From a virus (Duplodnaviria; Caudoviricetes), in IMG/VR virus record IMGVR_UViG_3300008954_000001: a DNA stretch of 64,000 nucleotides, one strand, 5' to 3'. Below the pieces are notes generated by a model. That model saw only the letters and a program-made list of their open reading frames with translations, was not told the DNA's origin and did no database searches. The translations under genes were made by a program, and so were the position numbers. How positions within the stretch are numbered: position 1 is the stretch's first letter; every line of letters begins with the position of its first letter. Below, one piece after another: positions 28,878 through 38,537 of this stretch.

Positions 28878-30041
28878 ATGAAGCGAGCCGTTCGTTTCCT
28901 TTTAATTTCATTACTTTTCGTAGCTTGCGAGAACGACTACCAGCTTTATGACGCTCGGTGTGGAGCACCCTGTTACACGGGGGATGTAGATACCAGAGAG
29001 GTCGGAGAGTGCAAGGACGGCATTGGCATCTGCGAGAACCGAGTCTTTGTAGCTTGCGAAGGCGAACTCCTTCCTGACATTGAATACTGCGACTCTTTAG
29101 ACAATGACTGCAACGGCATTGTTGACGACGAATCCCAAGATACAGGGATGTATGAGATTTGTGGTTCGGGCATTGGTGAATGTGATTTCGGAGCGATGGC
29201 TTGCGTAGACGGCGGCCTCATGTGTACCGATTACATTGATCCCGTGGAAGAAATCTGTGATGGCTTAGACAACGATTGCGACGGCGTTGTGGATAACCTC
29301 GATATTATCGAGGGTTGTTACGACGGTGAAGAGGAGGAGTTGTGGCACGGCATCTGTCACATGGGCTTCTATACCTGTGACCCCGTTTCGTTAGAAAAAG
29401 TTTGCACCAACCAGCAACTTCCCGAAGAGGAAGTATGCGACAACGTCGATAACGATTGTGACGGCTTCATTGATGAAGATTTGAATGAAGACGAAGAAGT
29501 GGACATCGTGTTTATGATCGACCTTTCGGGATCAATGAACAGCTACTTCGCCAGCGTTGCTTCGGCGGCTCAGATGTTCTCCACAGCCTTTTCTGGAAAC
29601 CCCGATTTCCGATTCGCTTTGGTTGGTATCCCGTACCCTTCAGACCGTGAGCCAGGGATTATCCTCGACTTCACAGACGCTTCAACCTTCTATTCGGCAC
29701 TGACAACCCTCTCTACATTAGGAGTCGGTTCGGAACCCTCTTGGGATGGCCCGTACTTGGCCTGTGAGGGTACTTTAGGGCTTTCGTGGAACGCTGGCAC
29801 CCGTAAGTATGTTGTGCTCTTTACAGACGAACGTGGACAGTCCTACGACGGTATTGATGAAAGCGATGTAGCCGACTCTTGTTACAACAATGATGTGACC
29901 TTCTACGGATTCATCAACGCTGGCTTTAGCTCCTACTTCGATGACATCTCTTCTATGACGGGCGGGGATCTATATTACTTGTCCACACCGACACAGATGG
30001 AAGACGACCTTTCAGAAATCTTCGATGACGAGTGTTGGTAG
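28878..30041 (+). CDS. Lipoprotein with Cys/Asp-rich CDGxDNDCDG repeats and a C-terminal vWA domain
   Basis: LLFVAC lipobox; CDSLDNDCNG, CDGLDNDCDG, CDNVDNDCDG; MIDLSGSM MIDAS motif. Confidence 0.85.
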   Translation: MKRAVRFLLISLLFVACENDYQLYDARCGAPCYTGDVDTREVGECKDGIGICENRVFVACEGELLPDIEYCDSLDNDCNGIVDDESQDTGMYEICGSGIGECDFGAMACVDGGLMCTDYIDPVEEICDGLDNDCDGVVDNLDIIEGCYDGEEEELWHGICHMGFYTCDPVSLEKVCTNQQLPEEEVCDNVDNDCDGFIDEDLNEDEEVDIVFMIDLSGSMNSYFASVASAAQMFSTAFSGNPDFRFALVGIPYPSDREPGIILDFTDASTFYSALTTLSTLGVGSEPSWDGPYLACEGTLGLSWNAGTRKYVVLFTDERGQSYDGIDESDVADSCYNNDVTFYGFINAGFSSYFDDISSMTGGDLYYLSTPTQMEDDLSEIFDDECW

Positions 30042-30157
30042 ATCGTTTTTGATCTAAACTTGACTCTCGTCCATATCAAATAAGATATGCGACCTCCCTG
30101 CCCTTGCGTGATGGGCAGTCAGTATTAGAGTAGGCTCCTAACCTTGAGGACTCTTTC

Positions 30158-30631
30158 ATGGCTCGATATCGACCAACCTGTCCAAGATGTCGTAGTAGTT
30201 TATGGTACGAATCTTGTTCTTACGGCCACTCCCAAATCGGTTGCTCCTGTGGGTTTCGGATGATGGGAGATAAGTCTGTTCGTGGCTTCGTCACACAACA
30301 GAAAGCGGCTTGGCAACTTGAGCAGGTTGAAAAGACCAAGGCTCGTGTGGTCCTTGATCAGACTTCAAAGGTGAAGAAGGTTGAAACGAAAAGCGGGCCA
30401 ATGCTTGTACGGCAAAGTGAGCCTGCGGTGGCCGCCCCCACACCTACACCAACCCCCGCACAACAAAGGCGTGGGGCTACTACGCTTACGCAATGCGCTT
30501 GTTGTGAGAAGCCCCTATTCCGTCGCAAGAAAGAGGTGGATGGCGGGAACTCATTTTGTTCCTCGGCCCACCAACGAACGTGGCTTAAAACTTCTCTAAA
30601 TCCGACAGGTCGCTCTCGTCAGAGTGCTTAG
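30158..30631 (+). CDS. Zinc-finger hypothetical protein
   Basis: CPRC, CSC, CACC and FCSSAH motifs. Confidence 0.55.
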   Translation: MARYRPTCPRCRSSLWYESCSYGHSQIGCSCGFRMMGDKSVRGFVTQQKAAWQLEQVEKTKARVVLDQTSKVKKVETKSGPMLVRQSEPAVAAPTPTPTPAQQRRGATTLTQCACCEKPLFRRKKEVDGGNSFCSSAHQRTWLKTSLNPTGRSRQSA

Positions 30632-31076
30632 AGGAATCCTTTAGCCAAGACAGGTCAAGGGTCCATTTCTCTTGTGAGCGTTTAGCCCACAAGCGAAAGC
30701 AGTCGTCTACATAGGTCAAGGCTGTGTCTATGTTCCATTCGTTGACCTTCATCAAATGCTGAATGGCGACCATAGTGCGTCCCATGGCATCGGCTCGACC
30801 AATATGTTTAACCTCATGGCATGAAGGGCAAAGTGCGATCAGCCCTTCAAGGTGTTGGGTCTTGGTTGCTTCATCATATCGCCAGCGTTCGTGGCACTCT
30901 ACGGGCCACTTTGGACCTTTGCCCCCGCATATCTCGCAACGGTGGCCCGCCTTGGCGTATGCGGCTTTACGAAGCCTGTCCCATTCGGCTTTAGGAAGCT
31001 CTGAACGAAGGTTAGCCCCCCATTGACCTTTAGGGACAAGTTCAATCGTTAGTTTCATTCTGGCGCAGCCATTCAT
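30585..31076 (-). CDS. HNH endonuclease-like protein
   Basis: CEICG...VECHERW...LIALCPSCHEVKH. Confidence 0.8.
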   Translation of the reverse strand: MNGCARMKLTIELVPKGQWGANLRSELPKAEWDRLRKAAYAKAGHRCEICGGKGPKWPVECHERWRYDEATKTQHLEGLIALCPSCHEVKHIGRADAMGRTMVAIQHLMKVNEWNIDTALTYVDDCFRLWAKRSQEKWTLDLSWLKDSSKHSDESDLSDLEKF

Positions 31077-31293
31077 GCGGATTCAACCCGTTCTCCTGCG
31101 TCGAGCGTAATTGCTGATTGTTCCTCTCGTATCATACGTCTCTCTCCCTATAGAGTTGCTATTCTGTGCAAGTACGCCCACCAGAAGTGGGTACTGTGGT
31201 CACAAAAAGTAATCACTTACCGCCGATTGTTGACTAAATGGTCCCGGTTGAGTCCACGGTCAAACACCCTTATTTAGAGTGGGACACGGGCTG

Positions 31294-31818
31294 TTAAACT
31301 TTCTCACCGCTGTTCAAGTCGTGATGCCCCAACCCTTTCTGATGCTTACAGCTATAACACTCAGTCTCGATGGAAGGCGGGACTCGTAGCAGGTATTCAC
31401 AACCATCACACCGCCAACGGTGCGCTGTTGAGTCATCCATACCCAAATCTCCCATAAGATCGGACCAGCGTTTTGTAGCTTTATCGTAAGCGGCCTTCCC
31501 TCCTGTGGCCCAAGCCTCTTCACTAACCCCGTTCCAAAATTCATCTCCAACCAAATCATTACGGATGAGGATCGCTGGTGAAGTGTGGGCAGACGCATCT
31601 ACTCGATGAATCCTAATGTCCATGGAGCCTCCGATGGGGCCTGTGTCCATGAACTCTTGGACAGACTCGACCAAACCACAAGGACTCCAATCATCATGGT
31701 CGCAATAGGAGTCACGCATTTCTATAAGGTATTTCATGTTTGTACTACTGACTGAATTCTCATTTGGGCATCCCTGATTCTCATTTGGCACCGATGGATT
31801 GGAAACTACGTTTTCCAA
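31294..31818 (-). CDS. Hypothetical protein
   Basis: 174 aa with a C-terminal CxxC pair; start uncertain. Confidence 0.5.
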   Translation of the reverse strand: MENVVSNPSVPNENQGCPNENSVSSTNMKYLIEMRDSYCDHDDWSPCGLVESVQEFMDTGPIGGSMDIRIHRVDASAHTSPAILIRNDLVGDEFWNGVSEEAWATGGKAAYDKATKRWSDLMGDLGMDDSTAHRWRCDGCEYLLRVPPSIETECYSCKHQKGLGHHDLNSGEKV

Positions 31819-31876
31819 TCCATGTCCGCCCTACAAATGACGAGATCCAATAATGAGATCAACGATCCCAGATTTC

Positions 31877-32068
31877 TCAATGGCCAGAATCCTGCTCATT
31901 GAGAGCGAACGGAACTCCTTGATCCACATCCCAAAACAAAGAACAGTCTTCCCCAAGCCGCTCTGGAAGAACAACACTCTGACGGTCTTTCGATTTGACC
32001 ATGCGGTAGCGAGCGCAACGATTCCGTAACGGACACTCAGACTCACAACATGCGGCGTAATCAGGCAT
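31877..32068 (-). CDS. Small Cys-rich phage protein
   Basis: CCESECPLRNRCARY. Confidence 0.55.
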   Translation of the reverse strand: MPDYAACCESECPLRNRCARYRMVKSKDRQSVVLPERLGEDCSLFWDVDQGVPFALNEQDSGH

Positions 32069-32103
32069 AACTACCGTACCCCCTTCAAGGGTACAGTATC
32101 CCT

Positions 32104-32445
32104 ATGGACACCCGCCAACAACTTATCGAAGGCCACTGTCAACTTGCAGAGATGACCAAAGCGATGTGCGACGATTGCCACTGTAGTCAGAGGCAAGAAC
32201 CTTATCGGTGTTGCCACGATTGGGCCTGCGAATTGACAATGGCCTTCGCTGAGTGGAGGTGGGGTGTTGAGCTTACTCCCACTGGACACCCATCACTCCC
32301 CCTCATGGGTCCAGAAGGATGCACCGCTCCACCCCACCTCCGCCCGGCGTGTTCGGGCCATATCTGTGAAGGGTTGGTTAGCGATGCTCCACTTGAGTAT
32401 TGGGAACTCAAGAGCAAGATGGCAAAACTGGAGACACAGCTTTGA
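32104..32445 (+). CDS. Cys-rich hypothetical protein
   Basis: CDDCHC, CC..WAC, GCTAPPHLRPACSGHIC. Confidence 0.55.
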   Translation: MDTRQQLIEGHCQLAEMTKAMCDDCHCSQRQEPYRCCHDWACELTMAFAEWRWGVELTPTGHPSLPLMGPEGCTAPPHLRPACSGHICEGLVSDAPLEYWELKSKMAKLETQL

Positions 32446-32690
32446 AAAAGGTAACACCCATTCAAATCGAAGCGTTGGTTGCACTCGATCCCGAACACCC
32501 TTCCTATGACCCCTCACACCGTCCTCGTGGCAGCTTAGAACGCCTTGCCAAGAAAGGGTTGGTCGGAGGAAATCGCAAGATAGGGTGGCACCTCACGCAC
32601 GAAGGTAAGGCTTACCTTCTAAGGCACGGGATCGTAGCCGGAACCCCCTTGAGGATTGCAACGCCTGATTCTGGCCCAACCCATCTGTGA
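32442..32690 (+). CDS. Small winged-helix-like protein
   Basis: TTG start overlapping the upstream TGA; [11 protein letters not shown]...[11 protein letters not shown]. Confidence 0.45.
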   Translation: MKKVTPIQIEALVALDPEHPSYDPSHRPRGSLERLAKKGLVGGNRKIGWHLTHEGKAYLLRHGIVAGTPLRIATPDSGPTHL

Positions 32691-32858
32691 CCCTTTGATC
32701 GCTCCGTATTTAGCGATGGCTTGCTCTGCGTACTCTGAACAAGAGGGTTGGTAATGGCACCGTCGTCGGTAAGGTAAAGGTCTGTCGCCCAGATGAAGCC
32801 ACCTTTGGTTGGCTATCTGGTAGAGGCGGATTGAACGTAGAAGCAGCCGAGCGAGCAT
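32619..32858 (-). CDS. yidD: Membrane protein insertion efficiency factor YidD-like
   Basis: [23 protein letters not shown]...RIRRCNP...GYDPVP. Confidence 0.9.
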   Translation of the reverse strand: MLARLLLRSIRLYQIANQRWLHLGDRPLPYRRRCHYQPSCSEYAEQAIAKYGAIKGSQMGWARIRRCNPQGGSGYDPVP

Positions 32859-33080
32859 CTAAGACCCCTACATGCTCGCATGTATAAAAGGGGTACTGAC
32901 GGTACACGGCCAATAACTCCCTCTGAATGGAGGGAAGCATGAGCGTACTTGAAGGTATTGGCTTGACCGCTGACACGATTATCGTTGGGGTCGCAGTAGG
33001 TTGGTTGATCGGAAGGCTCCGTGCTTGGAGCAAAGGCTTCAGTGAAGCCATGCGCCAAGGGATGCGAGGATAACGACCAC

Positions 33081-33130
33081 GAACTTTAAGAGTATAAGTT
33101 CTACTTTAGCCGTCAAAGTAAAACTTATAC
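33081..33130. promoter_or_regulatory. 16-bp inverted repeat, candidate operator
   Basis: GTATAAGTTCTACTTT-N7-AAAGTAAAACTTATAC (15/16); the left part matches 48558-48577 at 19/20. Confidence 0.55.
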
Positions 33131-33146
33131 GCCCAAAGACACCGCT

Positions 33147-33644
33147 TCAATTCAATCGTGAGGTGGTCATCCACTTTGGAAGATCCACAACCATCGAACA
33201 GCTTTGATCGGGAGCAAGCTCAACAGCCAGAGCCGTTGTTTCCTCAGAAGTGACGGGCATAAGGATACTGTGCCGTGTACCCAAAGGGGTATTACCCGGC
33301 ACAGCATAGACATCCTTCATCAATTCGTGGATTGCCTCTAACCATATCTCCTCGTCATCCCAAGACAACGGAAGAAGGGGTAGACGAAAACTCGCCTGCT
33401 CTAAAGCATCTTCGGCAGACCCCCTTCTGCATGTTGCCATCCCCACAGGGCGAAAGGACAACTTAGGGGTAAAGCCTTCATAAGCCGATTCGATCAAGAC
33501 GGGAGTAATCTCAGCTTCCCATTCGTGACCGAGCACTTCCGAAGGGTCGTCGAGGTCCGTCATCTCAACAAGCTCAAGAGCAAGATTCAATGTAAGGACG
33601 GGTTTGAGTTGGTTGTTTGTGTTTGGATTAATTTCATGTTTCAT
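33147..33644 (-). CDS. Hypothetical protein
   Basis: Start set at ATG 33644 (GGAG RBS). Confidence 0.5.
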   Translation of the reverse strand: MKHEINPNTNNQLKPVLTLNLALELVEMTDLDDPSEVLGHEWEAEITPVLIESAYEGFTPKLSFRPVGMATCRRGSAEDALEQASFRLPLLPLSWDDEEIWLEAIHELMKDVYAVPGNTPLGTRHSILMPVTSEETTALAVELAPDQSCSMVVDLPKWMTTSRLN

Positions 33645-33754
33645 ACTCCAAGACGGCTGGGAAGCACTTTTTCTGACACAGAAAAATGAACTTTCTTTCA
33701 AGTGCTCGGAATCATTGGCGGGACAGATTTTGTGCGTACTGTGCGTAGGCCAAG

Positions 33755-33792
33755 AAAAAAGAGGGTTTCTCCCCATACGGGAAAAACCCTCT
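33755..33792 (-). terminator. Intrinsic terminator downstream of tRNA-Leu
   Basis: GAGGGTTTCTCCC-N5-GGGAAAAACCCTC with an adjacent A-run (U-tract on minus). Confidence 0.7.
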
Positions 33793-33802
33793 TGATCCCA
33801 GT

Positions 33803-33888
33803 TGGTAGGGATGGGGGGACTCGAACCCCCACGAGCAAAGCTCGGCAGATTTTGAATCTACTGCGTCTACCTATTCCGCCACATCCCC
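33803..33888 (-). tRNA. tRNA-Leu(CAA)
   Basis: GGGGATGTGGCGGAATAGGTAGACGC...GTAGA-TTCAAAA-TCTGC, long V arm, GGTTCGAGTCC, encoded CCA. Confidence 0.95.
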
Positions 33889-34083
33889 TCAAATCGTATG
33901 GGTGTCGTCTTCCCAGTTGGTCAGTAAGTCCTTTGCGATCTTCCGTAGGATCGCCGCCTTACTGCGAGAAGGCTCATATCGTGCGGCATCCCGAATGACT
34001 TCACCTAATGAGGCTTCTGTTTGTAGGAGTCTTACTGAAATCATTTAGGAAAAGGCGGGGGAAACCCCATGAAATACAGGGGG

Positions 34084-34293
34084 TTAGCTGTCCCGCCGCA
34101 TAGCCTCGCACTTACCATCAGAAATCAACTTGTACGCCATGCGACCGTAGTGGCCTTGAAGGTTCCAAGCCATCCCTGTGTTGATAAGCATCTGGAAGAA
34201 CACAACGGTCTCTTCTTCCGTCATCTGACCACTCTCGTAATCTTGGAATTGCTGTGGCATCGGTTCTTGGGTGTTCTCGATCTCGGTAGACAT
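34084..34293 (-). CDS. Conserved small phage protein
   Basis: FQMLINTGMAWNLQGHYGR pattern. Confidence 0.65.
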   Translation of the reverse strand: MSTEIENTQEPMPQQFQDYESGQMTEEETVVFFQMLINTGMAWNLQGHYGRMAYKLISDGKCEAMRRDS

Positions 34294-34397
34294 TATCGCT
34301 CCTGTCTAAAGTAAAGGGTGTCGGAAACCTCACGGTTGGAGGTCAGGTGGATGATCCTCGTAACAAGCAGTGAGGCTCCGACATAGTTTAGTAGTGC

Positions 34398-34470
34398 CTG
34401 GGGCGGGTGGAGTCGAACCACCAACCTTGGGCGTAACAGGCCCCTGCGCTGCCAATTGCGCTACACCCCA
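34398..34470 (-). tRNA. tRNA-Asn(GTT), CCA not encoded
   Basis: TGGGGTG/CGCCCCA acceptor stem, loop CT-GTT-AC, GGTGG-TTCGACT-CCACC T arm, discriminator G. Confidence 0.9.
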
Positions 34471-34485
34471 AGCACAGAGAGGTCA

Positions 34486-34740
34486 TTATCGATTGCTGGA
34501 AACGAAAGCGTTTAGCTTCGTGGCCGTTTCGATAACTTCGTCAGTGGTAAAGAAGGTCTTGCGATCCTTCGCCTTGTCTTCACGAGCCATGTGAGCACCC
34601 GTTTCCAAAATGTCCTTCGCCAGATGGAGAAGGTCAAACCGCAACTCGTATGGGTTGCGACCCTTTTCGGGGAGGGGGGTGCTTGGATCGTATCCAAGAA
34701 TCTCGGCTGCGCTTGAGCCGTCAGGTGTTTGAGAAGCCAT
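34486..34740 (-). CDS. Hypothetical phage protein
   Basis: KGRNPYELRFDLLHLAKD; start ATG 34740 with GGAGG RBS. Confidence 0.6.
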   Translation of the reverse strand: MASQTPDGSSAAEILGYDPSTPLPEKGRNPYELRFDLLHLAKDILETGAHMAREDKAKDRKTFFTTDEVIETATKLNAFVSSNR

Positions 34741-34830
34741 AATGCTTCCTCCTTTGTGTGTGTTTGCCCAAATGGGCGTGTGTGTGTACGCCGTACATCT
34801 GTACGACAAAGGATTATACCGACGTGGAAG

Positions 34831-34906
34831 TGGTGGGCCGTCAGGGACTTGAACCCTGAACCTACGGATTAAAAGTCCGGTGCTCTACCTGTTGAGCTAA
34901 CGGCCC
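34831..34906 (-). tRNA. tRNA-Lys(TTT)
   Basis: 76 nt, GGGCCGT/ACGGCCC acceptor stem, loop CT-TTT-AA, CCA end. Confidence 0.95.
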
Positions 34907-34916
34907 GTGGCTGGAG

Positions 34917-35013
34917 TGGTAGGGGCGGTGGGACTCGAACCCACGACCTTGCGTTTATCAGACGCTAATACGAGGTATAAGCTCGCTGCTCTAACCAACT
35001 GAGCTACGCCCCC
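34917..35013 (-). tRNA. Atypical 97-nt tRNA-Ile(TAT) with a second, GAT-bearing anticodon-like arm
   Basis: GGGGGCG TA GCTC AGTTGGTTA GAGC A GCGAG-CTTATAC-CTCGT ATTA GCGT-CTGATAA-ACGC A AGGTC GTGGG-TTCGAGT-CCCAC CGCCCCT A CCA. Confidence 0.9.
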
Positions 35014-35016
35014 GAA

Positions 35017-35358
35017 TTAGTCTATTCGGGTAGTGGACGCTAACTCTGAGAAGCCTTCTGGATACCGCTGTTTGAGTTTGTTGATGTTGTTTTCAGCGAT
35101 GGTGTTGAGATCAAGCCCCATGGCGGTAGCCATACATGCCACGTACCAAAGGACGTCCCCGATTTCTTTCTCAAGGTATTCGGGGGAAAGCTCGTGTCCG
35201 TGAAAGATGGCTTTCTTAACGTGTTCGATGACTTCGCCGCTCTCGCCAGCCAACCCTAAACACATATTCGTGATCTGATCGTTGCTCTCTCGGTCGGTCG
35301 GCATCGTTCGTGCCGCCAACGCCTGATACTCTGCAAGGTTCATTCTAAATTCCATCAT
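35017..35358 (-). CDS. MazG-like nucleotide pyrophosphohydrolase
   Basis: GLAGESGEV, EIGDVLWY, NINKLKQRYP. Confidence 0.9.
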   Translation of the reverse strand: MMEFRMNLAEYQALAARTMPTDRESNDQITNMCLGLAGESGEVIEHVKKAIFHGHELSPEYLEKEIGDVLWYVACMATAMGLDLNTIAENNINKLKQRYPEGFSELASTTRID

Positions 35359-35456
35359 CCCAATCCGAGCCTGAAAAGTGTTTCCACAAACAATAGCTCA
35401 AAAGACATGCCAAAAGCACCCTCAACACGAGGTCTAACATAGCCAACAATACCCTC

Positions 35457-35505
35457 AAAAAAACGGCCCCTCCTCGCTCAGGGGGAGGTAGAACGAGGAG
35501 GGGCC
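35457..35505 (-). terminator. Intrinsic terminator
   Basis: GGCCCCTCCTCG...CGAGGAGGGGCC 12-bp stem with an adjacent A-run. Confidence 0.65.
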
Positions 35506-35532
35506 AGAATGTTGACGAAGGTATTGGGAGCT

Positions 35533-36054
35533 TTAGTTGTCGAATCGACCGAAAGCCATTGCCATCTCTTCAATCAGAGCATGAAGCATGGGTTCGGGGA
35601 GTTCGATGCTTCCATGACGCTCCGCCGTACTCAACAAGCCCTTGATAAAGGGACTATTGTTCCCCACAACCTCGTAGAACGAAGTGGGTTCATCGACGTT
35701 GAATACGTTGACGGGCGTGAAGGTGCTCTTGTCGTTTCCGTTGTCCGTCTTGGACACGGCCTTCTTCCGCAACTTGGTCGTCTTCTTGACAGTGGTGGAA
35801 GCGGTTGAGCTTGCTTCCCAAGTGCCACGGCTCGGCTGATACACCTTACCGCTCTTTGCCAGAGCCTTCAGCTTGCGCTTGGCCCAATCCGTTGCCCGAT
35901 CTGCCTTGGGCCGCTTGCCTTCAGGTCCGGGGGAACGCCAATCGTCATAAAGGGCCTTCCCTACGGTTTCAGTCGTAGCACTGGGGTTCTTGGTCAGGAA
36001 ATCAAAGATCGCCTGCTCGAAGTTGAGCCGTTGCTCGTTGCTTACTCGTGCCAT
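35533..36054 (-). CDS. Winged-helix DNA-binding-like protein
   Basis: AIFDFLTKNP...LKALAKSGKVYQPSRGTW. Confidence 0.55.
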   Translation of the reverse strand: MARVSNEQRLNFEQAIFDFLTKNPSATTETVGKALYDDWRSPGPEGKRPKADRATDWAKRKLKALAKSGKVYQPSRGTWEASSTASTTVKKTTKLRKKAVSKTDNGNDKSTFTPVNVFNVDEPTSFYEVVGNNSPFIKGLLSTAERHGSIELPEPMLHALIEEMAMAFGRFDN

Positions 36055-36643
36055 TTTTCTATCCTCCGAATGGGGGGGTTGATGTCAGCAGAAATGCCGA
36101 CAACGGAAAGCAGTATTAAAGCCCTTTTCAAATTTGGCAACCCCATTGTTGTATTATGTTGCAACTCGGTTCGTCAAATTGAGGGCGTGTTTCCATTTTT
36201 CCGATCACATAATACCCAACTCAAATGTATGATAACACTGGTATTATCGTGTACGCCCTTTTGCCAGGAAACGCCAGAGCCATGCGAAAAACTTTGGGTG
36301 AAGAAAAGCGCAAAAGAGGAAAGAGTTAAGGTCCACTTTCACTCTCAGGTAAGTCAAGCCCTGTATCTAAAGGTAAGTCGGGATACCGTGGCTGTGGGGG
36401 TTCTGGTGTCTTTTTCGGACAACCATAAAGGATCAAGCCGAAAAGAAGGGTGGGGATGGTGGCATACTGTAGTTTCATCGGGGCTTCCCTTTTACAAGGG
36501 AGGCTTAGAATAGCCCTGCTACCGTAAGGAATTTGGGGTAGTGCATTTTTTCGAGGTTGAGCACTATCCCCCGTTTTATGGGCTGTAAGCCTTTTGGGGG
36601 TATGCCCATTTTCGGCCTTTTACCTAAACCGCCCATTCAACCT

Positions 36644-37369
36644 TCAAGGTATGGTTGCCTTCGCCGCTGCGAGAACTGGCATCTCGTCCCATGTTTGACC
36701 TTGAAGGACACGCCCTGTTTTCTTCTTATTCACGCCGCCCCACTGCTTAAAGAAGAACGGTGTCCCCGCTACCTTGCACATCTCTTGAATCTCTGTGACC
36801 CACTCTTCTTTCATTGGTCGAGCCTTCGGACCTGACTCACCACCAACGATACACCAATCAATCCCCTTCATCTCCATCCCCACAAGAGAACCGATGAGAG
36901 GTTCCGCACTGATAAAACGAACCTTGGCGGGAACCATCTTGAGATGACTCGCACGATTGATCACTTGCCCGTCTTCCACCGATACACCCATCCAAATATT
37001 GTCGGGCCACGGTAGTTTCGGAGCGAGTTGCATGAGCCGAACCGAACGCTTGGTTAGAACCTGAAACCTATGCCAATGAGCCTTCTCCATTACGGCGAAC
37101 ACCTCTTGGATATACTCGGTCGGAACCTCTTTATGAAAGAGGTCACTCATCGAGTTCACGAACACGAGCCGAGGCTTACGCCACGAGAGAGGTTCCTGAA
37201 CCTTGTCTGGCTGAAGAGTTAGCTTGAAACCGTTTCGATAGCGATCCATGCCCATCGCTTGCAACCGCTTCGCCATTCTGTCGGCATAGCAGTTCTTACA
37301 ACCCGCCGATTTCTTCGTACACCCTGTTACGGGATTCCATGTTGCCTCTGTCCATTCAATTTTCGACAT
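36644..37369 (-). CDS. DUF5131 (phage Gp37/Gp68) family protein
   Basis: [54 protein letters not shown]. Confidence 0.9.
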   Translation of the reverse strand: MSKIEWTEATWNPVTGCTKKSAGCKNCYADRMAKRLQAMGMDRYRNGFKLTLQPDKVQEPLSWRKPRLVFVNSMSDLFHKEVPTEYIQEVFAVMEKAHWHRFQVLTKRSVRLMQLAPKLPWPDNIWMGVSVEDGQVINRASHLKMVPAKVRFISAEPLIGSLVGMEMKGIDWCIVGGESGPKARPMKEEWVTEIQEMCKVAGTPFFFKQWGGVNKKKTGRVLQGQTWDEMPVLAAAKATIP

Positions 37370-37431
37370 TTTTCACCTCAGGTTCATGCCTCCCTCAACT
37401 CTAACCCCACTAATACTGTAATTTATGGAGA

Positions 37432-37794
37432 TTAGTGCATAGGGATAGACAAAACCCGCCACTTGCCACCCCAATCGGTGTACCGAACCTGCCGAATCTT
37501 CATCGCAGCGATAATCCGCTGACAGAAGGAGCATGGTTTTGCCATGGTATGACTACCATCGGCTTTGAAACGCAAAACTTCAATTGAATCACCCTCACGA
37601 GCGAAACGCAGAACATCCATCTCTGCATGAAGCTCGGCGGCGGTATCACCATTTGGATAGTGGCGTAGGGCCATCGGATGCGTCTTAGAACGGTTGTAGC
37701 CGATTCTGACGGCCTTTCCGTTGCGATAGAGTATGGCGGCAAGGTGATACTGCCTACCGTTGCTCAGAGCCAGCCTACGGGCCTTGTAATACAC
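37432..37794 (-). CDS. Cytidine/dCMP deaminase-fold protein
   Basis: LHAEMD and KPCSFC zinc-binding motifs. Confidence 0.8.
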   Translation of the reverse strand: MYYKARRLALSNGRQYHLAAILYRNGKAVRIGYNRSKTHPMALRHYPNGDTAAELHAEMDVLRFAREGDSIEVLRFKADGSHTMAKPCSFCQRIIAAMKIRQVRYTDWGGKWRVLSIPMH

Positions 37795-37821
37795 TTGGCA
37801 TAAGTCACTCCACAGGTGTTC

Positions 37822-38073
37822 TTAGAATAGTACCCGTGTTTCGGCTGAACAGGGGCAGCAATCCTCCCTTATTTCGATCCAACCCTTCAAAGTGGATGTG
37901 TGGATCGAGAGAATCTCCGCAGCATCGTGGATAGCGAAGCCCTGTTTTATCACTTCATCGGTGAACCAAAGGATTTTAGTCTTTTGCTCAAGGGTAAACG
38001 AGCACCGACCCGACTTAGATCGCCTACTTGCCCGCCTTACCAGTTCTCGTATCTCAAAGATTAATTCAATCAT
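37822..38073 (-). CDS. Small HTH protein
   Basis: FTLEQKTKIL...DAAEILSIHTSTLKGW. Confidence 0.55.
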   Translation of the reverse strand: MIELIFEIRELVRRASRRSKSGRCSFTLEQKTKILWFTDEVIKQGFAIHDAAEILSIHTSTLKGWIEIREDCCPCSAETRVLF

Positions 38074-38537
38074 GTTAGACTCCTACTCTAAAGGGGGCTG
38101 AAACAAGGTTAGCTGACAGAAAAAGTGACATAATTCGGATTGCCTTTGTTCTCACTTTTGAGTACAGAGGCACACACAGGGCAAGGCTCTCTCCTTTGAG
38201 GTCCAGTCGGACCTCAAACGGTCAAAAAAAGATCAACAGACACACAGACAGAAACACTTTGCTTCCGCATCCTTGTTGTCCCCCTTCCTGATCATCCCAT
38301 TTCAGGGAGGGGGCTGCTTCCTGACGAAGCTAAGTCTCGCATCATGTCGCCTCCTCGAATCTCTACATACCTAACGACGGTGAACATCGTTTTCGGATAC
38401 GGAGACTCAAGAAAGTTCGAGAAAGTTCTAACCCCCACACTCTATAGGGGACGTGGAAGCCAAAACGTGCCAAAAAAGATGCAGATTTTACATCTCTCAT
38501 CTTTATAGGGGTCCGAAGTTGGGGCTTTGGAACTCGC

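Noticed and set aside
30585-31076. HNH or GIY-YIG genes as intron-encoded mobile elements
   Set aside because: Neither interrupts a host gene and I saw no group I/II intron structure around them.
33698-33998. ORFs overlapping tRNA-Leu
   Set aside because: Explained by the tRNA and its terminator.
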